Origin: Candidatus Tethybacter castellensis
GTDB taxonomy: Bacteria; Pseudomonadota; Gammaproteobacteria; Tethybacterales; Tethybacteraceae
Length of the DNA stretch: 59,571 nt
Reading direction: 5' to 3'
Assembly: GCA_036679665.1 (NCBI GenBank)
Contig: JAZHEJ010000040.1
Span: 1 to 59,571, forward strand
Shown here: one piece after another, positions 40,790 to 50,301 of the stretch
Layout of the letters: each line of letters begins with the position of its first letter
Position numbering within the stretch: position 1 is the first letter of the stretch
The notes under the pieces: model-generated
Told to the model about the DNA's origin: nothing
The model's input: the letters and a program-made list of their open reading frames with translations, nothing else
Databases searched by the model: none
Program-made: the position numbers and the translations under genes

Positions 40790-41191
40790 ATGACCGACTA
40801 CAAAAACTACACTAAGGATCAGTGGCGCGAAAAACTTACCACTGATCAATATCGCGTTGCTCGCGAACATGGAACCGAGCCCCCTTTTAGCGGCGTTTAC
40901 CATGACAGCAAACAACAAGGCATTTATCGTTGTATTTGTTGCGATGCCAACTTGTTTCGTTCAGATGATAAATTCGATTCGGGCACCGGCTGGCCTAGTT
41001 ACATTCGTCCTTTTTCGCCTGAAGCTGTGACTAATAAGTCGGACAGTAGTCACGGCATGGTGCGTGTCGAAGTTCTTTGTAGCAATTGTGATGCACACCT
41101 TGGACACGTTTTCCCAGATGGCCCCAAACCAACCGGCTTGCGCTATTGCATCAACTCAGTTTGCTTGAAATTAACCGGAGAACAATCATAA
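40790..41191 (+). CDS. msrB: Peptide-methionine (R)-S-oxide reductase
   Basis: [38 protein letters not shown]. Confidence 0.97.
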   Translation: MTDYKNYTKDQWREKLTTDQYRVAREHGTEPPFSGVYHDSKQQGIYRCICCDANLFRSDDKFDSGTGWPSYIRPFSPEAVTNKSDSSHGMVRVEVLCSNCDAHLGHVFPDGPKPTGLRYCINSVCLKLTGEQS

Positions 41192-41730
41192 ACACCCTGG
41201 TTGATTACCTTCCACTGCTGATATTTTTCCTGGCTTATCAGGTCAAGGGTATGCTATTTGCGGTCACCGCGTTAATGATCGTCACACCAATACTGATCGG
41301 AATTATGTTGCTAGCACGTAAACGTCCCAACCCGATCCACTACTGGACCTGCGCTGCGGTACTTTTTTTTGGCGGTCTAACCCTATTAATCGGTGATCCG
41401 CTGTATATCATGCTCAAGACGACCGTGGTCTATACGGCTATCGCGCTAGCGCTCGCTATTGCCCTGATTCTAAATAAAAACCCGGTTGCAGCTTTGTTCG
41501 CGAATAAGATCCCGCAGATACCCTTGGTAGCTTGGCGGCAAGTAGCGTGGCAATGGACAGGTGCACTGCTTGGTATAGCGATGCTCAACCTAGTGTTGAT
41601 ATTTACAATTTCTGAACAAGCCTGGGTAAGTATCAAGACTTTCGGCTTTCCGTTAATATTGTTGGTGTTGACTGCAACTCAATTTGGCGTTTTATTGCGT
41701 CGCCACAGTTCTGAATCTACTCTTGACTGA
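41188..41730 (+). CDS. yciB: Inner membrane protein YciB / intracellular septation protein A (possible ATA start)
   Basis: [34 protein letters not shown]; msrB-yciB-bolA order. Confidence 0.85.
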   Translation: MNTLVDYLPLLIFFLAYQVKGMLFAVTALMIVTPILIGIMLLARKRPNPIHYWTCAAVLFFGGLTLLIGDPLYIMLKTTVVYTAIALALAIALILNKNPVAALFANKIPQIPLVAWRQVAWQWTGALLGIAMLNLVLIFTISEQAWVSIKTFGFPLILLVLTATQFGVLLRRHSSESTLD

Positions 41731-42022
41731 CACCGAGCAGTTATTACACCAGCTACTACAAAAGCATCTTGCGCCAACCCATCTGGTGCTTGTAGATGAC
41801 AGCGATAGCCATCTTGGTCATCCTGAAGCGAATCAAGGCAAGCACTTTCAAGTTACAATCGCAACAGAAAAATTTGCCGGGCTAACTCAGCTTCAACGTC
41901 ACCGATTGGTTTATGATACTATTGGCGATTTTGGCAAAATAGCCTTGCACGCACTTTCAATTGTTACATTTACACCTGAAGAATTTTTCCAATTCAATCA
42001 CTCAAAATCATCCTATGAATAA
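41723..42022 (+). CDS. bolA: BolA family protein
   Basis: DDSDSHLGH, HFQV.I....FAG...LQRHRLVY, HALSI. Start TTG 41723. Confidence 0.9.
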   Translation: MTDTEQLLHQLLQKHLAPTHLVLVDDSDSHLGHPEANQGKHFQVTIATEKFAGLTQLQRHRLVYDTIGDFGKIALHALSIVTFTPEEFFQFNHSKSSYE

Positions 42023-42833
42023 CATTAAATTTTTCGCGGCCGCAATCTGCTTGGTCTTGATGAACTCGTTCGCGCTCGCACAGCAAAACAGCAGCCTGAA
42101 CGAAAACACCTTCGCCATTATCAATGGCAAGTCGATTCCGACAGCTCTTATTGATTTTCTTGCCGGCCCCGACCCGCTTCAAGGTCCCCAGCTCAATCAA
42201 TTGGCCCGGCGCTTACTAGCCAATATAGCGGTCGCGCAAAAAGCCGAAGAAATAGGTTTGGACAAGAAGGAAAACGTGGAATACGAACTGGATCTGAACC
42301 GCACTCAAATTCTGGCTAGAGCCTACATTGAAGACTATCTGACCGCCAATCCGGTGACATCAGAGCAAGTTGAAAGCCGCTATGCAGAATTTACCGCTCA
42401 GGCCGCAGGTCAATTTGAATATCGTTCTCGTCATATCCTGGTTGAAAATGAAGATTTTGCCAACGATTTGCTTCAACAGGCCGACGGGGATGTTGATAAA
42501 TTTGCTGAACTTGCCGTTGAGCATTCCATTGATACAGGATCTGGAGCAAATGGCGGTTTGCTTGACTGGACGACAGCTGACACATTCGTACCTGAATTCA
42601 CGCAGGCCCTACAAAGCCTAGCACCTGGTGAGTTCACCCCTGAAGCAATCGAAACTCAGTTCGGCTGGCATCTGATATATCTTGACGAACGTCGTGAAAT
42701 TCAAATACCGGAACTGGACGACGAACAACGTCAGCGCGTCACCGAAGCTCTACGAGCCGAACGGATTCAAATAGAATTCGACCGTATTCTCAGCGAATCC
42801 GACGTGGAATTAAGCGACGCTATTCAGCTTTAG
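42015..42833 (+). CDS. Periplasmic parvulin-type peptidyl-prolyl isomerase
   Basis: Signal peptide; RSRHILV, F.ELA..HSID.GS..NGG.L.W, FVPEF, TQFGWHLI. Confidence 0.9.
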   Translation: MNNIKFFAAAICLVLMNSFALAQQNSSLNENTFAIINGKSIPTALIDFLAGPDPLQGPQLNQLARRLLANIAVAQKAEEIGLDKKENVEYELDLNRTQILARAYIEDYLTANPVTSEQVESRYAEFTAQAAGQFEYRSRHILVENEDFANDLLQQADGDVDKFAELAVEHSIDTGSGANGGLLDWTTADTFVPEFTQALQSLAPGEFTPEAIETQFGWHLIYLDERREIQIPELDDEQRQRVTEALRAERIQIEFDRILSESDVELSDAIQL

Positions 42834-42836
42834 CTT

Positions 42837-43565
42837 TTAACCCCTTTCAGCTGAACAAGGCCATGCGCCTAGTATCGGGCCTTGCTGAACACGTTGTAAG
42901 ATAATCGCGCAACCTTCGCCGGCATTGACAGTGCCGATATCAATAGTGTCACCGGCGCTGATTGTTCCTAACTGATTAAAACTGGTGACTATATTGTGAT
43001 TGCTAAGGAGCTTTCCTCCGTTCTCGCCACCTTTGACGTCGGTGGTCGCTTCGTGAAGAAAAACTACCGCAATCGCTTCAGCGACTTCGCCACTTTTTTC
43101 TATTGTCGCCTGCCAAGCCCCGTCGATATTTTGCGTAAAAGCCATCTCCCAACCTTCGGCGAACTTCATCTCTTTGGCTTGATCAATAGCGTGTTCGATA
43201 GCGTTACGATTAGAACCTGACGCGCTAAATGCTCCTTGAATTATCATTTGCGGCGTAAACGGGTTTCGCAAGTATTTTTGAGCGTATGTCCTCTGCCGTT
43301 GCGTAAAAGATCGAGACGAAAAAGGATCCTTCCATGAACTGCCGCCGTAGACTAGTGTGTCCCAGTAATCAACATGCAACTCCAAAGCCAAAACCCCCGG
43401 TCTGTTTACAAATTGATCCGCTAACAGTTCTTCAGCCTTAGGACATGAATAGCAACCTTGAGAGGTAAACAGCTCAAGAACTACCAGCGAATTTTGTTCG
43501 GCGCGACTAGCTGGCGTCATCACGAACGCTGCAAAAAGGGATAAATAAAAAAATGTTTGTCTCAT
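42837..43565 (-). CDS. Secreted thioredoxin-like protein (DUF1223 type)
   Basis: VVLELFTSQGCYSCP, LALELHVDYWD, WKDPFS...FT.RQ..Y, TPQMII.G. Confidence 0.85.
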   Translation of the reverse strand: MRQTFFYLSLFAAFVMTPASRAEQNSLVVLELFTSQGCYSCPKAEELLADQFVNRPGVLALELHVDYWDTLVYGGSSWKDPFSSRSFTQRQRTYAQKYLRNPFTPQMIIQGAFSASGSNRNAIEHAIDQAKEMKFAEGWEMAFTQNIDGAWQATIEKSGEVAEAIAVVFLHEATTDVKGGENGGKLLSNHNIVTSFNQLGTISAGDTIDIGTVNAGEGCAIILQRVQQGPILGAWPCSAERG

Positions 43566-43626
43566 AATCTTATATACTACCTTAAAAATCTTATAATTGG
43601 ATATACTTTTCGTTAAAAGGTTTTTC

Positions 43627-45057
43627 ATGAAAAAAGCAAGTGTCAAAAAATCAGCGGCGCGTCAAAGCGCTAAAGCTACCAAAAAATCCAAAATCGCGAC
43701 AATGAGCAGATATTCACCAACTGATATCAACTGTTTTTTGACTGGCTTTGAACGTCGCAATCCGGGCGAGCCTGAATTTCAGCAAGCTGTGCGTGAGGTT
43801 GCTTATGATGTGTTCGACTATATCGATCAACTGCATGTGTTTACCGAACATTTGATATTTGAAAGAATGACTGAGCCGGATCGGATTATTATTTTCCGCG
43901 TGGTTTGGGAAGATGATGCTGGTAACATGCGAGTTAATCGTGGCTATCGAGTGCAATTCAACAATTCGATCGGACCCTACAAAGGCGGCCTGCGTTTTCA
44001 TCCTTCAGTAAACCTGTCGATAATTAAGTTTCTGGCTTTTGAACAAACATTTAAAAATGCGTTGACCAAACTGCCGTTGGGCTCTGCCAAAGGTGGTTCT
44101 GATTTCAACCCGCATGGCAAATCTGATAGTGAAATTTCCCGATTTTGTAAGGCGTTTATGACCGAATTGTATCGTTTTATCGGTCCTAACATAGATGTTC
44201 CAGCTGGAGATATTGGGGTGGGTGGTCGAGAAATTGGTTATTTGTTCGGACAATATAAACGTCTGACCGGCGAGTTCGCGAGCGGTACCATTACCGGGAA
44301 AGGACTTGAATACGGAGGGTCGTTGATACGTAGCGAAGCAACCGGCTACGGCGCGGTCCATTTTGCTGAAAACATGCTTGATTTCATTGATCGGTCAATT
44401 GCAGGCATGAAATGTGTGGTTTCTGGCTCAGGAAATGTCGCGTTGCACTGTGCTGAAAAATTGATACATTCAGGGGCTAAGGTAATGACTCTTTCTGATT
44501 CAGGTGGTTTTATTTATGATCCTGATGGAATTGACGAAGCCAAGCTGGTATATTTGAAAAAACTCAAAACCGTTGAGCGGGGACGAATATCTGAATATGT
44601 ATCGCGTTATCGCAAAGCAAAATTTCACGCGAATAAACGGCCTTGGGGTATCAAATGTGACGCGGCATTTCCGTGTGCCACGCAAAACGAAATCACTTTT
44701 GACGATGCCAAGACTTTAGTTGACAACGGTTGCCAGCTAGTTGCTGAGGGGGCTAATATGCCGTCGGTAGAAAAAGCGATGCAACTGTTTCGTGAGAAAA
44801 TACTATTTGGCCCCGCCAAAGCGGCAAATGCCGGTGGCGTTGCCCTTTCCGGCCTTGAGATGAGTCAGAACACCATACGTATGTCCTGGAATATCACCGA
44901 CTTGGAGCAACACCTAAAAGATATTATGGCTTCAGTTCACGAGCAATGTCTTGAATACGGTCTCAACCGCAAGACTAAAAAGATCGACTATGTTCGTGGC
45001 GCCAATCTTGCCGGTTTTATGCGCGTAGGTAAAGCTATGACTGCTCATGGAATCTAG
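43627..45057 (+). CDS. gdhA: NADP-specific glutamate dehydrogenase
   Basis: GPYKGGLRFHPSV, GSAKGGSDF, DVPAGDIGVG.REIG, EATGYG, SGSGNVA, PCATQNE, KAANAGGV. Confidence 0.96.
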   Translation: MKKASVKKSAARQSAKATKKSKIATMSRYSPTDINCFLTGFERRNPGEPEFQQAVREVAYDVFDYIDQLHVFTEHLIFERMTEPDRIIIFRVVWEDDAGNMRVNRGYRVQFNNSIGPYKGGLRFHPSVNLSIIKFLAFEQTFKNALTKLPLGSAKGGSDFNPHGKSDSEISRFCKAFMTELYRFIGPNIDVPAGDIGVGGREIGYLFGQYKRLTGEFASGTITGKGLEYGGSLIRSEATGYGAVHFAENMLDFIDRSIAGMKCVVSGSGNVALHCAEKLIHSGAKVMTLSDSGGFIYDPDGIDEAKLVYLKKLKTVERGRISEYVSRYRKAKFHANKRPWGIKCDAAFPCATQNEITFDDAKTLVDNGCQLVAEGANMPSVEKAMQLFREKILFGPAKAANAGGVALSGLEMSQNTIRMSWNITDLEQHLKDIMASVHEQCLEYGLNRKTKKIDYVRGANLAGFMRVGKAMTAHGI

Positions 45058-45177
45058 TCTTAATTTGCATTAGTTAGCATTCACAGATTTTATTGGTATA
45101 ATCTTACGATGATTGGTATGCTAAAGGAATCAAAATTATCAGCATGATGGCACATATCAAAAACGGAGAGTAAACCT

Positions 45178-46074
45178 ATGGCTTCTAGCAATATCCTCAT
45201 CTTGGGTGCTTCAGGACAAACCGGTTCAGAAACGGTCGATATTCTTGCTACTGCTGGTTTTCCAGTGCGTGTAACTTATAGAGAACACTCTGAGTTACAA
45301 AAAATGCGCGAAAAAGCAGTCGAGGATGTACAGGCTGACTTTGAGGATGTCGAATCTCTCAAGCGAGCCATGGACGGTATTGAACGAGTCTTTATCGTTC
45401 AGCCTGTCTCCCCTGAAATGCTACAGCATGCCCAGAATATTTATGAGGCAGCCAAATCCGCTTCTGTGTCTCATGTGATTCGTGTGTCCAACATAGCAAC
45501 CGGCAACGATATTCCTTCTGATATTGCTCAAATGCATTACCAGGCAGACGAGCTACTGATGTCAATTGGTTGTAATTACACCATTCTCAAAGGCGCTAAT
45601 TATTTCCAGAATATGTTTTATTCAGCATTGACGATTATTCGTAATAATCACTTTGCGCTACCTCTTGGAACTGCTACTTTATCTCAGGTTGATGCTCGCG
45701 ATATTGCTCGCGTCGGTGCCCACTGCCTGATTGATCAAGGACATGAGAACAAAATGTACACAATCACCGGCAGCGAAGCGATGACCATGCATGTGGTCGC
45801 CCGTAAGCTAAGCAAAATAGTAAACAAAGAAATTCGCTATGTTGCCGTTGAACCGGTTGCTGCGACCCAGGTATTTAAAGACCAAGGTCTTCCTGAATGG
45901 CATGCTAAAGCAATTGGTGCGATGTTTATGGAATATGCTTCAGGTAAATATAAATTTCTTACCGAGGATTTCCAGAACATAACTGGCGACCAGCCTCGCA
46001 CCATGGATGATTTTCTTAACGAATACCGCAATGTGTTCCTGCGCGAAACCCCTACAACGGCGGTATTGCGTTAA
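45178..46074 (+). CDS. NmrA-like / atypical SDR NAD(P)-binding protein
   Basis: ILILGASGQTGS, DFEDVESL..AMDG, VDARDIA, YTITGSEA. Confidence 0.82.
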   Translation: MASSNILILGASGQTGSETVDILATAGFPVRVTYREHSELQKMREKAVEDVQADFEDVESLKRAMDGIERVFIVQPVSPEMLQHAQNIYEAAKSASVSHVIRVSNIATGNDIPSDIAQMHYQADELLMSIGCNYTILKGANYFQNMFYSALTIIRNNHFALPLGTATLSQVDARDIARVGAHCLIDQGHENKMYTITGSEAMTMHVVARKLSKIVNKEIRYVAVEPVAATQVFKDQGLPEWHAKAIGAMFMEYASGKYKFLTEDFQNITGDQPRTMDDFLNEYRNVFLRETPTTAVLR

Positions 46075-46118
46075 TTCAACGCCAGTGCTAAGCGCTGGTT
46101 AAACCATCTGGATATCTT

Positions 46119-47153
46119 TTGGCAATCCTTGCGCGGCTCGGATTAGCCAAACCGCTGATATGGCTGATCGTTTTAATTATCTTTGGTGTAGGCGGATACT
46201 ATTCTTGGCTGCTGTATGATGAACATTCATTTGAAAAATATCTACAAACTCAGCTGAATTTGGAAACACCCGTAGAAATTAACATCAAATCTGGTACAAC
46301 CTTGCGAAAAGCCAGTGAAATCCTGGCCAGCGGAGGCGTGATTAGCGAAGCGCCGGTTTTTGCGCGAGCAGTGGTAAGACTCGGGCATGAACGAGATATC
46401 AAAGCTGGCTATTATTTGGTCGAAACCGATATCACCTATGCAAACTTGATTGATAAGCTGGTATCAGGAGATTTTCTGGTCGAAAAATTTACCATAATTG
46501 AGGGTCATACTTTTGCCAATGTATTACGCGGTTTACGCGATCATCCGTATATTGATCAGCAGTCAGTTCAATTACAAGCTGATCCGGCTTGGCAACAAAT
46601 AGCCGCCACTGATGAAAAATCGCCGGAAGGAATGTTATACCCGGATACTTACCTGTTCGATCGGGGTACACCAGATATAGAACTGCTCATTCGCGCACAT
46701 CAGCGACTGATAAAAGTTCTGAACGAAGAATGGGAGATGCGAGACGAGAATACTCCCCTGAGCTCACCTTACGAAGCGTTGATACTAGCGTCTATCATAG
46801 AAAAAGAAACCGGGATTAGCGATGAACGAAAATTGGTGGCCAGCGTATTTATAAATCGCCTGCGGCGCGGGATTCGCCTTCAGTCTGATCCTACCGTTAT
46901 CTATGGCTTAGGCGATAAGTTTGACGGTAATCTGCGCAAGGCTGATTTACAACAAGATACGTTGTATAACAGCTATACCCGCAAAGGTTTGCCGCCTACC
47001 CCGATCGCGATGCCTGGTCGCGCCGCCATCCATGCCGCGCTTAATCCTGCAGACAGCGATTATTTTTATTTTGTCGCCAATGGCCAAGGCGGGCATCATT
47101 TTTCTAAAACTCTACGTGAACACAACAATGCCGTCAACCGATACCAACGTTAA
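46119..47153 (+). CDS. mltG: Endolytic peptidoglycan transglycosylase
   Basis: EGMLYPDTY, LASIIEKE, NRL..G.RLQSDPTVIYG, YNSY...GLPPTPI, YFYFVA. Confidence 0.95.
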   Translation: MAILARLGLAKPLIWLIVLIIFGVGGYYSWLLYDEHSFEKYLQTQLNLETPVEINIKSGTTLRKASEILASGGVISEAPVFARAVVRLGHERDIKAGYYLVETDITYANLIDKLVSGDFLVEKFTIIEGHTFANVLRGLRDHPYIDQQSVQLQADPAWQQIAATDEKSPEGMLYPDTYLFDRGTPDIELLIRAHQRLIKVLNEEWEMRDENTPLSSPYEALILASIIEKETGISDERKLVASVFINRLRRGIRLQSDPTVIYGLGDKFDGNLRKADLQQDTLYNSYTRKGLPPTPIAMPGRAAIHAALNPADSDYFYFVANGQGGHHFSKTLREHNNAVNRYQR

Positions 47154-47164
47154 GTTATCCAACC

Positions 47165-47809
47165 GTGAATAGTAAACGAGGCAAACTAATCACCTTTGAA
47201 GGAATTGACCGTTGCGGCAAAACCACGCAGGCGCGTTTGCTCAAACGCAATTTGGATCAATTAGGAACCAAATGTTTGCTAACCTCTGAGCCGGGAAGCT
47301 CCGGTCAGCTAGGTAAAGCCCTGCGCGAATTGTTGCTTGACCCTGGAATTGAAAGAGACGAAGTAACCGCCTCCTTACTTTTTGCCGCTGACCGTCATGA
47401 ACATATTAAAAAGGTTATCAAACCAGCTTTAGAATCAGGACGTTGGGTACTTTGTGATCGATTCGCAGATTCAACCTTGGCCTATCAAGGAGGTGGGGGC
47501 AATGTTGCCAAGAGCATTTTAAATACATTAGCCGAAATAGCAGTCGGAGACTGCAAGCCGGATTTGACTTTTTTGCTGACCCTTGATACAAATAAACGCT
47601 CTAAACGCAGTCCGAAACTAGACTACTATGATCAGGGACGCAAAAGCTTTGAACAACGAGTTGCCAACGCATTCGACCAGCTTGCCGAAAAAGAACCTGA
47701 ACGCTTTGTGGTAATTGCCGGCGATCAACCGATTCAGCGGATTAGCAAACAAATTTTGCAAGCGGTAATTGAACGTTTTTCTCCTGTGAAAAACAGTGAA
47801 AAGGCCTAG
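47165..47809 (+). CDS. tmk: Thymidylate kinase
   Basis: ITFEGID.CGKTTQ, LLFAADR, VLCDRF.DST.AYQG, PDLTF.L. Confidence 0.95.
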   Translation: MNSKRGKLITFEGIDRCGKTTQARLLKRNLDQLGTKCLLTSEPGSSGQLGKALRELLLDPGIERDEVTASLLFAADRHEHIKKVIKPALESGRWVLCDRFADSTLAYQGGGGNVAKSILNTLAEIAVGDCKPDLTFLLTLDTNKRSKRSPKLDYYDQGRKSFEQRVANAFDQLAEKEPERFVVIAGDQPIQRISKQILQAVIERFSPVKNSEKA

Positions 47810-48752
47810 CGCTCAATTGATCGCGCAATATGCGCCACTGCCCTGGCATCAAGACATTGCCCGGCAGCAGCTAAAGCATGGTTTACCACAATCGCTAATG
47901 GTAATGGGCAGGCTTGGCGATGGAATGCAGCAACTGTGCCTTTACTTTGCCCAACATGTTCTAACTGAAGATGATAGCGAAGCTAGCCATCTACTTGACA
48001 CTGGCAATCATCCAGACTTGATGTTTGTAAGCAGAGGCCTTACGGCAACTGGGAAACAGCGCACTCAGATCACCATTGACCAAATACGCGATTTGATTCA
48101 ATTTGCCTATCTGGCACCGCTTCGTGCCCACTATCGAGTCGGGGTTATTTCACCGGCTTGTCGAATGAACGCCAATGCTACCAACGCCTTGCTTAAGTTA
48201 CTTGAAGAACCCCCGACACGAATGATATTAATTTTAGGCTGCGAACAGCCCAAATGGCTTCCCGCCACCGTGCGTAGCCGTTGTCAGAAACTTCAAGTTG
48301 CACCACCGCGATTTGACGACGCTGTTCAATGGGTTGATGAGCAAGGTTTCGCTAATGCGAGTGAATTGTTGGAATTGGGCAATAACGCTCCATTATTGGC
48401 TTGCGAATATCAAGATCAGCTAGGCAGTTATCGTTTACTAGGCAACTTATGCATCGGCACCCAAAACCTTGATGGTCCGCTTGGTGAACTAGAACAACTG
48501 ACACCGACCACTTGGCTGGCTTGGGCTATCAATTGGGCGGCCGCTTGCGCGATGCTTGCTAGCAAACACCAGCACGACGGTATACCTGAAGTTGCTCAGC
48601 AAATTTACCGGCAGAATAAGTCTTCGGCAATTGTTTGGCTAAACTTGTATCAACAGCTTATTGACCTGTTGCCACTTGCTGAACATCCGATTAATAAGCG
48701 TTTGCTACTTGAACAGGTTATCTGGTTGTTTTCCAAAGTCACCCACCCATGA
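47796..48752 (+). CDS. holB: DNA polymerase III delta-prime subunit
   Basis: HPD, I.IDQIR, MN.NA.NALLK.LEEP, LPATVRSRCQ. Confidence 0.92.
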   Translation: MKRPSAQLIAQYAPLPWHQDIARQQLKHGLPQSLMVMGRLGDGMQQLCLYFAQHVLTEDDSEASHLLDTGNHPDLMFVSRGLTATGKQRTQITIDQIRDLIQFAYLAPLRAHYRVGVISPACRMNANATNALLKLLEEPPTRMILILGCEQPKWLPATVRSRCQKLQVAPPRFDDAVQWVDEQGFANASELLELGNNAPLLACEYQDQLGSYRLLGNLCIGTQNLDGPLGELEQLTPTTWLAWAINWAAACAMLASKHQHDGIPEVAQQIYRQNKSSAIVWLNLYQQLIDLLPLAEHPINKRLLLEQVIWLFSKVTHP

Positions 48753-49585
48753 TCGTAGATACCCATTGCCATCTGCATTTTCCAGAGTTCATCGAAGAAC
48801 ATGAGCAACTGATTAATAGTATGAATAGCGCAGGGGTCGTTGCGGCGATAACAGTCTGTACCGACTTTAACGAATTCGAAATACTCTGTAAACTTGTTGA
48901 CAAATATGAACAACTTTATGCGTCAATCGGCGTACACCCCAACACCAAGGCATCGGCACGTTGTTCTAGCGACGAGCTGATAAGCTTGTTGGCCAACAAT
49001 CCCAAATTTATTGCCGTTGGCGAAACCGGCTTGGATTATTTTCACGATGGGCGACGGTCCCGCACCTTCCAGTTACCTCGATTTGAAACACAAATAGAAG
49101 TTGCATTACAAACCAAGTTGCCTTTAATAATTCATACTCGTGATTCGATTGACGATACTTTGGATATACTTACTGAAGCGTGCCAGGCCGGGTTGCGAGC
49201 GGTATTACATTGCTTTACCGGAACTTGGCGCCAAGCAACACGTGCTTTGGACCTAGGATGTATGCTGTCTTTTACCGGCATTATCACGTTTAACAATGCG
49301 CATGATTTGCTTGATGTGGCAGTCCGGCTACCAATTGAGCGTCTGATGATTGAAACTGACGCTCCTTATTTGGCTCCGGTTCCCATGCGCGGCAAACGTA
49401 ACGAACCTGCATATGTAAAACATATAGCAGTGCATTTGGCCAAAGCGCGCGGCATTTCTTATGAACAATTTTGCTCGATTACGACAGCAAATTCCTGTGA
49501 ATTTTTCGCCCTGAATCAGATTAAACAATCCACCACAGATTTACACACGCCACCAACTGATTTGTCGAAAGTCCGAAGTGTATAA
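48749..49585 (+). CDS. tatD: TatD family metal-dependent nuclease (YcfH type)
   Basis: DTHCHL, GETGLD, IIHTRD, HCFT, IETDAPYLAP.P.RGKRNEP. Confidence 0.93.
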   Translation: MIVDTHCHLHFPEFIEEHEQLINSMNSAGVVAAITVCTDFNEFEILCKLVDKYEQLYASIGVHPNTKASARCSSDELISLLANNPKFIAVGETGLDYFHDGRRSRTFQLPRFETQIEVALQTKLPLIIHTRDSIDDTLDILTEACQAGLRAVLHCFTGTWRQATRALDLGCMLSFTGIITFNNAHDLLDVAVRLPIERLMIETDAPYLAPVPMRGKRNEPAYVKHIAVHLAKARGISYEQFCSITTANSCEFFALNQIKQSTTDLHTPPTDLSKVRSV

Positions 49586-49602
49586 CTCGACAATTGTTGT
49601 AC

Positions 49603-50301
49603 CTAGGAAATGGTAATCAAGCCAGGAAAATGTTCACGATAATCTTGTATCAGCAGCCGGCGCGGCGGCTCATCTTCGACAATATCCGGTTGAATTGCAA
49701 CGGGAATATAAAAAAGGATATCCCGGTCAGAGTCACTGCAAATCCCGATTTCACTGGCAATCACATCTTTGCCGCTCGCTTCTAATTCGTAGTAGACACC
49801 TTCGCTAATCGTCAAACTTTCACCTTGGGTTAACGCCACGACCTCACCCGGCGCAAGCTCACGTTGCTGACCATCCACATAGATCTCAAGCCGCTGTGCT
49901 TTATCCAAGTCACCAGCTCCACTAACCCGGTACATTTGGACCAACAAAGTGGCGTTACACCGATTGACTATATCTTTGGTCATACCGCGATGACAGTGCA
50001 AGGGCATAGATTGTCCAGCGCGTAATATCAAGTGCTTTTCGGTAAACCATTCTTCGGTATGATGGGACTTGCTTAATCGCGTGGTAAATGAAACCATGCC
50101 ATCTTCGGTAAATTTTCCTAAGCCAAAATCCGTAACTGTCCATCCAAGCGCTCTTTTGACAATCTGCTCACAACTTAAATCGTTGACCTGTAACTTGAAA
50201 GCGTCAGGACTCCAAAACGCGAACGGCGGCAACACAATGCTTTGAATACGAAAAAAATCTTCCGCATCGGCAAGGATAGTATTAATTAGGCTACGATTCA
50301 T
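49603..50301 (-). CDS. D-lyxose/D-mannose-family sugar isomerase (cupin)
   Basis: LPPFAFWSP, LGWTVTDFGLG.F, EK.L......Q.MP.HCH...TKDI.NR, EIG..SD...D..F. Confidence 0.8.
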   Translation of the reverse strand: MNRSLINTILADAEDFFRIQSIVLPPFAFWSPDAFKLQVNDLSCEQIVKRALGWTVTDFGLGKFTEDGMVSFTTRLSKSHHTEEWFTEKHLILRAGQSMPLHCHRGMTKDIVNRCNATLLVQMYRVSGAGDLDKAQRLEIYVDGQQRELAPGEVVALTQGESLTISEGVYYELEASGKDVIASEIGICSDSDRDILFYIPVAIQPDIVEDEPPRRLLIQDYREHFPGLITIS

